Positions 31,293-44,600 of a stretch of 64,000 nt of DNA are shown piece by piece (the first letter of the stretch is position 1; every line of letters starts with the position of its first letter). Origin of the DNA: Balanoglossus misakiensis (taxonomy: Eukaryota > Animalia > Hemichordata); the NCBI GenBank assembly GCA_040954595.2, contig CM082582.2, positions 5,750,303 to 5,814,302 on the forward strand, read 5' to 3'. The notes below the pieces were generated by a model. That model was not told the DNA's origin, did no database searches, and was given only the letters and a program-made list of their open reading frames with translations. The position numbers and the translations under genes are program-made.

Positions 31293-32618
31293 AAAAATAA
31301 ATGAATGAATGAATGAATGAATGAATGAATGAATGAATGAATGAATGAATGAATGAATAAATAAATAAATAGATAAATAAATAAATTTTTACTGCTCCCC
31401 GGCTGCAAGGATGTACAAATTATACAAATACGTGGTACTGTAACAACATTCTCAGCAGTTACATTACGGTTGGTCAACTACATTGCCGAAATAAGGCGAA
31501 CACATATTCCAAGATCCTCCAATGATTCTTACTACCTGGTCTTTCATATTTTCAGGGTTTGAATGCAGAAAAACAATTTGTCATTGATGAGTATGGTAAG
31601 TATTCTTAGTGCTTTTGTCATCACTTGATTTTGTTATTAGAGGGACACAGTCTCCCTCTCGCTGCCCTTTTCCCATTAATTATGTTTGATGCAAAACACC
31701 GTTTAAGTTATTCTACATGTGGATATATAGTGATTCAACGTTTGACCACACACAACTTCCATCCCGTTTGTAGGATGTGAGAGAAAAAATCTCGCCAACC
31801 AGAAACAGAAATAAAAGAGAAACAAACCATCACCAAATTTCATGCCACTTCATTTGTTCTTCTTCAACAGTTTTGCCCAAATTTGAAGTGAAGGTCATTA
31901 CGCCATCTTTCCTCGAGAGAAGTGATAACAAACTAGCAGGTGTAGTCAAAGCCACGTGAGTATCAAATTGCCAGTTTATTTTTTTTTTTATAGAAAAGCA
32001 GTGTTCAGGCAGTTAGTCTCCATGGTGACTGCCTGACAATTTCATTACCCTCCATTTGTGTTTTTTTTGGTAAACCTAAAAAGAGTTTTAATTATAGAGC
32101 TTTTGTGCTTGAAATCAATTGACACGGCCTCAATCATGGATCATGCCACTGTCATTAAAAAAATATGAACCTGTAGCGGTTTAGCCTAGCCTGTGTCTCA
32201 TAATAACCCAATCACCGCTCTTTTTTATTCTCAGTTACACTTATGATAAACCCGTGAAAGGTACTGCAGTAATAACTGGGACCCTGCGGTATCTATACAG
32301 CGATATGATAGTCAATGACAATGGCCAAGTCTTGGAATTGTCTGTAGAGGTATGTGTTACCAGTAGACTTAAGCATCGATTACAGCTGGTGATACGAATT
32401 AAAGTTATGTAGCACTCTGTGATCAACGAGTTCAAACTACAGCATGAGCTTTCCACATGTATGTGCATCTGATGAAGGGGACTACATGTTCCTGAAAGCT
32501 CGTGCTGTAGTTTCAACTCGTTGATCACAGAGTGCTACATAACTTTAATTCATATTGTGCTGAAGATCAACACGGCAATACTCCTAGCTGGTGATACGTA
32601 TAACTTGCATATTTAGAA

Positions 32619-32650
<32 letters not shown>

Positions 32651-35600
32651 GAAAAGTATGAGTTTTTAGGTCCCATTGGTATAGGCATATATACCATGGG
32701 ACCTTATGGGATCGGTTGCGTCTGTATGTATGTATGGATGGATGGATGGATGGATGGATGGATGGATGGATGTATGTATGGATGTATGTCTGTATGTCCG
32801 TCCACATCAAAAACTTGAAAACCGCTGCGCGTATCACCTCAATATTTGGTGTGTAGGTGCAGGCTGGGCTGTAGATGGGAGTTTGTCCAAACGAAGTTGC
32901 CAGGCCCAAAAATATGCAAATTAGCTGGAAAAATGTGAAATTTATCAAAACTCTGAAAGTCAACAACTACTCGTCAGATTGCTTTAAAAATTGGTAAGCA
33001 TGTACCATATGTCAACCTCACATCGACCTGTAAGTGTTAAGTTAGTACCATGGATGTTTTATTTTTTATGAATTTTTTAGTCTTTTTATTAAATTTATAC
33101 CTTTACTTATACCTCTATGGTTAAGCTATGTCCACGTCTTATTGTGGAATTCTGGTCTGTGCAATAGTCCTGTACAGTGACTGTCTATTGGTCAGTGAGC
33201 ACAATGGGGCCAAAATAAAAGGCAAAATTTTGGGCTCACCTGTAACACCTGCTTAACACATTAATTATGTGCATACCTAATTCCGGGCTAACTAATAGGG
33301 CTAGAGGTTTCGTTCTTGTGGGACATGGACCAGTATAGGGTCAAAATTTCTTGCCCAAATTTTGGGTGACCTCAGGTGACATTTGACCTACTTTCCTATA
33401 TCTCGGCATCCAGAGCAGGTACAGACTTGGCGTTTGGAGGGTTGGGACTAAAATTGAAAAGCCAAAATTGGGGGTCACCTGTGACACCTGCATATCTCAT
33501 TAATTATGTGCATACCTAATTCCAGGCTAACCATTAGGGCTATAGGTTTGGTTTTTGTTGAACATGGACCAGTATAGGGTCAAAATTTCTTGCCCAAATT
33601 TTGCATGACCTCAGGTGACCTTTGACCTACTTTACCATATCTTGGCATCCAGAGCAGGTACAGACTTGGCGTTAGGAGGGTTGGGACTAAAATTGAAAAG
33701 CCAAAATTGGGGGTCACCTGTGACACCTGCATATCTCATTAATTATGTGCATACCTAATTCCAGGCTAACCATTAGGGCTATAGGTTTGGTTTTTGTTGA
33801 ACATGGACCAGTATAGGGTCAAAATTTCTTGCCCAAATTTTGCATGACCTCAGGTGACCTTTGACCTACTTTACCATATCTTGGCATCCAGAGCAGGTAC
33901 AGACTTGGCGTTAGGAGGGTTGGGACTAAAATTGAAAAGCCAAAATTGGGGGTCACCTGTGACACCTGCATATCTCATTAATTATGTGCATACCTAATTC
34001 AAGGCTAACCAATAGGGCTATAGGTTTGGTTTTTGTTGAACATGGACCAGTATAAGGTCAAAATTTATTGCCCAAATTTTGCATGACCTCAGGTGACCTT
34101 TGACCTACTTTATCATATCTTGGCATCCAGAGCAGGTACAGACTTGGCGTTTGGAGGGTTGGGACTAAAATTGAAAAGCCAAAATTTGGGGTCATCTGTG
34201 ACACCTACATATCTCATTTATTATGTGCATACCTAATTCCAGGCTAACCAATAGGGCTATAGGTTTGATTTTTGTTGAACATGGACCAGTATATGGTCAA
34301 AATTTCTTGCCCAAATTTTGCATAACCTCAGGTGACCTTTGACCTACTTTTCCATATCTTGGCATCCAGAGCAGATATGCTTATTGCTATGTTGCTATGT
34401 GCTATGTTGGCTTGGGCCCGCTATTGCTGCTTGCAGATCTGCTTGCAATGTCACATGTTATTTTTATTCTGGTGTGTCACTGTTTCCGCATAATCCTCAA
34501 ATGGGACCACAGTGTCCTTGACGCTATTTTTGTATCTGCCTGTCAACAAGTCATGTGTACATGTATGTATATAAGTCATTGTTATTGTTGACAACCTCAT
34601 TCACGGCCTGTCGTGAATGCAATTATTTTCAACATTAACAGTGTTGCTTGTGCACGCATGGATTATCTTCAGAAGATGAACACTACGCATTTAATCCCTG
34701 CCTCTGGACTCCGAACAATACGCTAGTTGATACACAGAATAAGAATACTGAAAAAAGTAGCTAAACGTTACAAATGCAATCATGGAGCTTTTAATAAGAA
34801 AGTAGCAGTCATGAAAGCTGCCACGACATGAAATTCAATTCTTGTGCATTGTCTGTCTCATGTCTACATTTCCAGCTGGATGGCGAGAGTGATTTTGAAA
34901 TCAGCATGGCAGATATCAGTCGCTTGAACAGCAATTACTTTCCTGAGGGAATGAGGTTGGAAATCAAGGCGGTTGTCACCGAGGCTCTGACGGGAAAAGA
35001 TGAAAGCAGCAGTGCGGAAGTTCAGTTCTTCACTTATCCCGTCGTGGTCGAATTCCTGGACATCACACCGGGCGTCTTCAAGCCGGGACTGTCATTCACC
35101 GCTTATGTGAGTTCCCAACCCTGTACATGTAAACATAGTCTCCCATTCTGATTGTTTGATTCTATCTATAAAGTTTGCTACTCTTAAGATAGTACGCGCC
35201 CTTGGGACAGATTTTACAGAAAATGATAGTCCTACATGCTACACCGAAGCACGTGAGGATTCCTTTTGAAAGGAAAGAAGAAAACGTGGTGTTCTCTGTC
35301 TTGTTTTCCTAAAAAATCACCGCTAAATGGCGGCCATTTTTAACTTCAAATATAAGACAATTTAACACAATTTTGTTCAAAAAATGAGAAAATGTTTTAA
35401 CGATTTTTGAGATACTACCTTAACATATTGTTCCTACTGCCCTTAATGTCAGAATGCCATTTATTTTGTTTAAAAATATGAAACAATATGATATATAACC
35501 TAGGCAAGTGATTAAAATAAGGTCTTTTATGTATCTCTCATAAAAAAATCTTGGCTAAAAACAGTGCTATGTGACAGTGGTTAAATCTGGGTTGTGGAGT

Positions 35601-38600
35601 GCAAAAAGCAAATCTAGTCAAATTGACATGGCTGGATAATCTGTTATATCAAAATATTTATGTGCCATTGTTTGTTTGTTTTATTGCAGGTGATGGTGAC
35701 TCTAGAAAATGGACAACCACTTCGACCGACAGACCGACAATTGGTGAAAATGTCTGTGCAATATGACATGGCTGTGGATCCACAAGAACAAACAATATCT
35801 GTGCCTGCAACTGGGATTGTGAAGGTCACATATAATGTGCCAGATAATGCGGAAGTGGTCTACATTAATGTAAGCATCTCGACCTCAAATTATGACTGAT
35901 TTTGTACCAGTATTTTGTGGATCATTTTGTTTAATGGAAAAGGGGCAGCGAAAGAGAGACTTTGTCCCTGTAATGATTCTCTGCCTTACTTTCCGATTGA
36001 TGGCATGGTCGTTGATGGTATGTCTATTTTTTCCCCTGCAGGCAAATTACTATGCTTCTGACTTAAGCTCTGGGGCAATGCACACGGCCTCCCGAGCCAA
36101 ATCTCCCAGCGACAATTACCTGCAGATAACAACAAGCAGTGCATCCTTGAGTGCTGGAGATAGGGCATCGTTCACGGTCACCGCTACGGAACCTTTCACT
36201 AACTATTTTTATCAAGTGAGTTCATCATGCTGCCATGTTAAGTTATAGTATCTCCGAGATCTCCACAAAAAAAATACAATTATGGAGGAAAGTTTTAATG
36301 GTGACTTTTGTGGAATGCCATATTTTCTTCTATGTTTTCGAAGAGACCGTTCACACGCTTTATATAGCAAAGAATCAGAAAGTTTGGAGGACTTTCATTT
36401 TTTTTGTAAATACGTCTTGAGGTGCTACCTTGCAGGAAAGTCCTAAACAAGTGTGCATACACCAGTACATTCAGATTATTTTTATTTTTATGCATGTTTA
36501 ATCGGCAACTTTTCAGCACAAAAACACCAAGGCAGTACCGTTAAAGTCATTTTATAAGTCGCAGCGGTATTATAAGTCGCACCCCTTCTTTGAAAGACTT
36601 GTTTGGGAGGAGAATTTCAGAAAATGAATACAACAGAACATTGGTATTATAAGTCGAATCCCCTTTCAGGCACACACTGTCACTCAAAAAAGGCGCATCT
36701 TATAAAATGACTTTAACGGTAGTAGGCTAGGTCTCCGCATAATAAGTCTAGAATAATCGAGAGTGCATTTGTCGGTTACAGGTCTTGTCGCGAGGCAACA
36801 TTGTCGCCGAAGATGTCGTACAAGGAGCTGCAGCCCGTTCGCACACATTTGTTCTTGACGTCAGTCACGCAATGGCACCCACGGCCCACCTGGTCGTGTA
36901 CTACGTTCGCAATGACGGCGAAGTTGTGGCGGACTACATTAGTGTTGATGTCAAGAAGCCGTTTGAAAATGAGGTATTGTCAAGATCGTGTCTCATCTAA
37001 TACAGAGCTTCCGTTAACGCATATTTCATCCATTTCTGACCATATAATTACAAAAAGATAATACGGACATGTACAACAGTACACATTGACTTAAGTCGCC
37101 GGAAATATGCAAATTGTATTGAGCAAGGCCAGCAAGCAAAAAATAACACATAACATTGCAACATTTATGCACAAAAATGTTGCAATTTTCTCTCAGCAGC
37201 TTGACAGATTAAACTGCTATTACAGGCTTTCTATCACATTTCGCACAAAGTAATTTCTGAATGCGTATTGAAGTCCGCGAAAGAAAAGAATCTAACGGAA
37301 CCTCTGTTATAGCATTGACTAGAAATGTCCCTGTGTGTTTGTGACAAAGAGAGAGACTTTGTCCCTTTAATTTCTGTGTATATACTCTTCATGTGCAGGT
37401 GTCTGTGGCATTCAATAAAGACCAAGCTGAGCCTGGAGATGCCATCAGTGTCGATGTGACAGCAAGTCCTAATGCCTATGTTGGCATCCTGGCCGTGGAC
37501 CAGAGTGTACTCCTGTTAAGATCAGGAAATGACATCACACAAGATGAGGTGAGAGTTCATCTCTGGATAGGTTTCCCATCTTGCTACCTTAAGTTGGTTT
37601 TTACTTTGTGCTAGGGAGTCATATCCATTATAATAATTGCACTAGGGAGTCATATCCATTGTAACAATTGCATTGTGGGTAAAACGGTCGACAGATCACT
37701 ATACTGAAAAATGCTATGTTAACTGTATTTCATGATTGGAATATTGCCTGTCTACTTTATCATGGACAGATTTTCTGGTCCCAGAGGTGTCCTTATTAGA
37801 CAGGCTTCATTGTATATGAGAGCGTGAAATTGATTTGATCTCACACAGACAAACGCACACTCCTTGTGCAGTTGAATGACAGAAACAGAAAAAATAAGAA
37901 TATTTTTCTTTCTTCAGGTATTCGAGGAACTGAGAAGTTACGACACTGCTCTTGGGGATAATGACCCATTTTATCCACAGCCACTTGGTGGTCGAGGTGG
38001 AGAAATGTTTATTGACCGCAAAAAAAGATCAAAAAGTAAGCGTAGCATATGGATGGGATATTGGTCCTTAGGAGGCATTGATGCCAGTACCATTTTCAAG
38101 GTGAGTTGTACCGTCGTGTCTATGGTTATATACATGTAAGTGTGATTATACAGGGGTATGTGTTTGTGTGTAGGTGTATTGTATGTACCATATTTTCTCT
38201 GGCAAACGGCCCTGGGTTTTAAGCTGATGACTTTGACATATAAGCTTTCAAAGAAGATAGAATAAAACTCAGAGCACGGAAACGACCAGTGATAGCACAC
38301 ATTGAAAACTTGTAATACACTGGTTATCTTGCTAAATAGTGAGATTTTAAAAACAGTTTAGGTGCAAAACTTGGATCAGAAGGCGATTCAGCAAGAAGAC
38401 GAAGCTTAAACAAGCAGAAAAATGTATCAATGCGGGCGAAGATAATTCTGTTCACGATCTGTGCACATAGGTTGGGCCTGTATCTCTTGTTTTCTCGTCA
38501 AACCTTGAGCTACTGACCTGCAGCCACGCCGAGGTTTAGTGAGCTTAACCCCTCCCCCCCTGATTTTGTTATATTCACCCACATTAGAAATGGGAGCAGC

Positions 38601-41600
38601 AGTGCCCGTAACGCTATTTTTGTTCTCTCCTCAGAATGCTGGACTGCGTGTGATGTCGGATGCAACAATTCATGAAGAACCTAGTATGTTTAACCGTAAG
38701 TTGGCAGTAACCTTCTTTGTAGATGCTCGGCCATTCATTTTGCTTCCCTATATATATCTCTTAGAAAAATCATTTTAAGGATGTATGTGCAGAACGTAAA
38801 GCTGTAAACTGCGAAATTTGTGCGCATTTGTCTCTTCCCATGGGATTACATTGAAAAATTCTTGAAAACTCACTTCTACTACCGGTATTGTCATTTTCAT
38901 GAAAGTTTACACATACATGTACTCAGTCAAATAAAGTGAAATTCAGGGGTCAAATAAAATTGTATGGGTCGCCGCACTCTATTTTGAGAGATAAATTTCG
39001 TTAAATATTTTGCCCATAGACAAACCATTGGTGAATTCATTTGTCAGCAATAACAGTGGTCGTTACACACATACAGGCTACGGTGACAAGTGGAGTACAT
39101 GGTACATTTAGCGTGCTGTTTGGAGTGGAACAAGAAATGGCATTTGATACACAGAACAAAAATACTGGAAATAAATCCAAATCCTTTTATTTAAATCCTT
39201 TTATTGTGCTGTCAACCTCTCAGGCTATCCTGGAAGTCGGCAAGATGAATTGATGGGAAGGCTTCCCATGGCCGGCGGCGAGCCTATGGTTGATGATGAT
39301 GCTGCTTTTGACGCAGCGCCACCGGAGAAAGCTAGCACTGGCACTGAGCTTCAGGCCGTTGAGAGAGTGCGTAAATATTTTCCAGAGACTTGGTTGTGGG
39401 AAGACGATGTCACTGAGTAAGAACATTTTCTTTTTTGTTCTTCTTTTTTTGTTGTTGTTTGCACTGATAATCTGTTGTTAGTTTACTTGTATGCCTTAAG
39501 AATACTCATTAAGATAAAACTTTCGTCTGTAGCGTCTGTCCATCAGTATATCTTCATCCATTAAAAAATAGCCAGCCATATTATTATGCACTCAGTTTCT
39601 TGTAGTACTCTCCACCAGCAATTTATGATCCCTAACATTGATTTGACAATTTTTTTGCTTTCAAACTTGGCATGACTATAGCTCCAATGGTGAGGCATCA
39701 TTTTCCAGTCAAGTGCCAGACACAATAACCTCTTGGATTGTCAGCAGTTTCTCTGTTTCCACGACAACAGGATTTGGTGTTGTACCCACAACAGCCACGG
39801 TAATCAAGCCATTTTTTTTTATATCTGGCCCTTTTTAGTGCAGTAATAAACTGTGTCACTGGTTTCCCACACTGACTTTCCACTGAAATTGCATGCAAAT
39901 GTTTCGATGTTTGAAATTACTGCCAACCCCACATGCCCGGGACAGGTACAGAACTTTAGCATGTGAGGTCTTAGTGAGCCTCTTTTGTATTCTGTTTTGA
40001 ACGAAATCAACAGCAATCTTCATGTTTCTGATGTTTCAGATGCAAGCCTTCAAGCCTTTCTTTGTGTCCTTGAATCTGCCGTATTCTATCGTCAGAGGCG
40101 AGGAGACAGCACTACAGGCCATGGTTTTCAACTACATGGAAATGGATATGGATGTAAGTAATTCTTCCTAAAAATTCAAGTCTACTTAAAGCTTACATTA
40201 AACAGAATCGAGCTGTTGCTTTGATCGCTAGTTTAAATCCGAACGACAGACTGACTGCCTTTTCTGATTTGTTTAAACCATGCATAAACCACTGTGCATT
40301 TGCAAAATATTCCATGATCCATGGATTTGCTAGCTGAAAGTGTTCGTCTTTTACATAGTATTTTGCCCCATTTCTGTGAGTGATACCTAAGTTGAGCTGT
40401 ATACATTTTCTAGTAAATATTCCTAAATGTGTCGTTTTCCAACAACAAACGAACCCCTGTAAGTAACACAGATTGTAGTACCAGGGGGTTGAGCTTTCAT
40501 CAAGAAAATTATTTGACCAAGAAGTTTGCGATTACAAGTATACCTTTTTGCAAATGAGAGAAACACATACAAGAATGCTCCCATTTTATGACACCATTGT
40601 GAGCTGTGAATGTTTAACTGCAAGTGGATACCTGCAGCGAAGACCAGTCAGTGTATTTATTAACATGGTTATCTCTGTCACCCATCAGGTTGTGCTGACC
40701 CTTGAAAAATCTGCCGATTTCCAGAACATATTGATCTCAAGCAGTGGAGAATACACCTACTCGCAGAGTGTTCAGGTGGGTGTTTCGATGTGAAAACATT
40801 TAAATGATTTTAATATGTGCCTCGAAAATTAAAGTCTTTAAATTTTTCTCATACTTTGCACAGGGCAACTTAGTCTCTCTTAAAATTGAGAAAAAATTAG
40901 AGATCACTGCAAAATTTGAAATAAGAGAATAAAATTGTCTCAAATTTGAAATTCAAAATGGCCGCCAATCTCTTCGTTAACTTTATATCAAAGTAGTGAT
41001 TTCATGAAAACAGAAATAGGTAATGGGAACAGGATTATATGTTTCTCCTCTCCCAGAAACTGTTGGAACCCACTGACCTTTCACATTTGTGCAGTTTGAT
41101 ATACAGGACACGAATTACTCATTATTGTTCAAAAGTGAAACGTCATTTTTGATCAGCGCTGGTCTGTGTTGCGTTTTTTGTTTCCAGACGGCCACAATAT
41201 CAGTGCCAGCCGGAGAAGGCAGGTCTCTGGCGTTCCCCGTAAGGCCGGTTCGAGTCGGCAACATCGTTGTCAACGTCAAGGCGCAGTCCACAGTGGCAGC
41301 AGATGCAGTAGAAAGAATACTGTTAGTTGAGGTTAGTAATTTTGGCAAGGTGCATGCATGTCTTTGCAGTCAGTGGTGTCTACCGAATTATAGTGGTCCT
41401 GAAACGTCTCAGATTTGAAATGGCTTTGCTGGCTAGACCTGAGCTGGTGTAAGGATTAACACCTCTCCGCAACCCATTGTCTATGGAGCCCAGCCTCAGC
41501 GCCTATACGTAAACTTTGTGTGTGTGGACACAAGGCGACTCAAAGGATTAATGCTCTGTGTTTACCATAGGAAAATAGTGTCTTAAATTTTACCCTGTGT

Positions 41601-44600
41601 GAACCTGGTAGTGTATTAGTTTTTTGGTGTAGTCAAATATTTATGTGCAGTATCTCTGAATAATACCCAACAGACCGAAGGAATACCACATGAAAACACC
41701 AAGTCCGTCATGGTGGATCTGTCAAGTTCAAATCAGTATCAGGAAACTTTTGACATAATATTGCCGAGTGAAGGTCTCATCAGCGACTCTGTCAAGACCA
41801 AGATTTCTCTAGTTGGTAAGCAGCCATTTTGCCTTCTCTTTACTGCAAAGTTCTGTCGGTTTTTCTTCATAAATTTACATTCAACAAATCTTGTCAATGA
41901 AAGTATAATGGACCTTGAAAGAAAAGATTGCTTAAGATAGTACGTACCTTGGGTACAGATTTTCAGAATAGTAGTTACTGAAGTAAAGCACGTTTTGAAA
42001 GAAAGTGGGTATTCATCTTTATTCATGAAAATCACTACTATTTTTTCTCCATAGAGTTAACGCAGAGATTGGCGGCCATTTTAATTTCAAATTTGAGGCA
42101 ATTTTGGTCAATCATTCAAAATTTTGCGCAGTGACCTCCAATTTTTATTCTCAATTTTAAGAGAGAAAATCCTAAAGTTGCCTCGAGCAAAATATTGCCA
42201 ATAGTTTAAGACTGATTTTCAAGGTATAAAAGGCATAATTTTGAAACCCACATCTGAAAGTTGAATGAATTAATTTGCATATGTAAGGTCACCATAGAGA
42301 AACCCTCCTCAACACACAAATTTGTATGAAAATGCCTGTATTATACTGTATGATCTTGCCGCTGGCTTAGGCTAGCTAGTGAAGTTACAGACTCCATGCA
42401 CAAACTACTGTAAAACACCTTGATTTTATAATAGCAACATGCTTTTAGCGAGCTTTGTTTTTTGTTTACAATTAGCAGGTTCTATTTAGCTATATGAAGC
42501 CATCTTTACTAAATATGGAGAAAAGTTTGAATTAGCGAATTTACACACCGAGGTAAATTAGCTGAAAAACTGTAAAATGGGTTATATTCGCGACAGGAAA
42601 TTTTTCGCGATATCACTAACAGGCAACTGTTACGCGAGGATTAATTTTCATGTTCTCTTGTTTCATTTACTGCATTGTTATCTCCGGAAAACATTTGACG
42701 TGTCTTTTTATTTTCACAGATTTTTTTGGCTCTCATGTATTTCGCGAAAATTTATTGCTCGCGAAAATAACCCTTTTTACAGTAACACACTAGCTAAAAA
42801 TACATGTTTTACAGTAATTGTAAAAGAGGATTTAACATGCATCTTTTTTGTGCAACGTGTGAACAGGTGACATTATGGGAAACGCCATGAACAACTTGGA
42901 TCAGTTGCTGAGAATGCCGTCCGGTTGCGGAGAGCAGACCATGATTGGATTTGCTCCCGATGTGTTCATATGTAAATACTTGACGACCACCAACCAGGCC
43001 AATCAGCAGATCATGGACAAGGGCATTCGATTCATGAAAGAAGGTAGGAAGGAAGCCAGAGGAGGGCTCTGTGCCCTGTCAACTTTTGCAAATGGCGAAA
43101 AAATGTTTGCAAGGTGCTTAAAGGGACAAAGTCTCTCTCTCTCGCTGCCCCTTTTCTATTAAATGTGTTTGATACAAGACACTGTTTATGTTATTCTATA
43201 CGTGGATATATAGTGAATCAACGTTCGACCACACATAACTTCCATCCCGTTTTTGTAGGATATGAGTATAAAAAATCTTGCCAAATTGAATAAACCGTAA
43301 ACACCGATTATTCATTTTGGTAGATTTTCCACTCTTGTGGCTACAAGTGGGATGGAAGTTGTGTGTGGTCGAACGTTGATTCACTATTATAATATATCCA
43401 CATGTAGAATAACATAAACCATGTCTTGTATCAAACATAAATAATGGAAAAAAGGCAGCGAGAGAGAGAGACTTTGTCCCTTTAATATGTTTTCAGTGTT
43501 TTCAATTTGTGTGTCTACTGCACCTTCTTGTTTAAATCCCTGAAGAATGATGAAATGCCCAGTATCCAGCTTACTAATGCAACCTATGTGTAAATAGTCA
43601 GCATTGTTATTGTGCAAGATTTGAATTCAAGTCCGGACTTGAATTCTGTTTGTCAACAATAACGGTGGCCGTCACACACATACAGGCTAAGTTGACAAGT
43701 GAAATACTGGGTATACATGTATAAGCATGTTACAAGTAAACATTTTTGGAAAGTCAAACAAGGTTTTTCCGAATGAAAAATTCAAAATGGATAGGGGAGA
43801 ACAATGTCCTGAAAAACATTCCCAAAATTTATGTAGCTGGTCTCATTGAGCAATTTATGGTCGAACAAATCCCGAAGAATCGTGCGGATCTCTGGTAACC
43901 GTTTCCTAACAGAAGACTGAAGTTTACACATCGTAAATCCACAAGCCTGACACAACGAGGGTATTATTATTCGCTCGTAGGGTACCAACGAGAGCTGAAC
44001 TACATGCATCCGGACGGTTCCTTCAGCGCGTTCGGGCAGAGCGACCCTGCTGGGAGTACCTGGCTGACGGCCTTTGTTGTCAAGTCGTTCACTGAAGCCA
44101 TGGATTTCATTTACATCGACCCGAACGTCGTCGTCAACGGCATCCGGTTCCTCGTCAGTCAGCAAGGGAGGGACGACTCCTTTGAAGAAAACGGCCGAGT
44201 GATCGACGGGAAGTTAATCCAGGTCAGTTTTCACTTGTCAGTGAGTACCCGTTGCAGGCCCTTTTGAAATCACTGTTATTTCATGACGGCATATCTGAAA
44301 GCAGCAAAAATACCCAGGCAGGTAGCTGACTGTCTTGAGACGTTGCCTCAGTAATTCCCAAGACGCGAGTTCACCAGTCGATCTGGTGGCAGTAACAAAC
44401 AATTGTCATGTGACACAATACATCATTCAGTCAAGCGACCCTCCCCCCCCACAACCACCACCACACACACACAAATTAGATATATTCAGGTCTGTTTCAT
44501 ACAGGCCGTAATGAGTATTTGTGTTGGAATCCTACTGTGTCCATGTCTCGGTGAATAAAAACATGTTGATCTCTTTCTACAGGGTGGAATTGATGGACCG

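Noticed and set aside
33222-34374. Regular repeat array as a possible CRISPR
   Set aside because: Units are contiguous 239-bp copies with no unique spacers, there are no cas genes, and the context is a eukaryotic intron.
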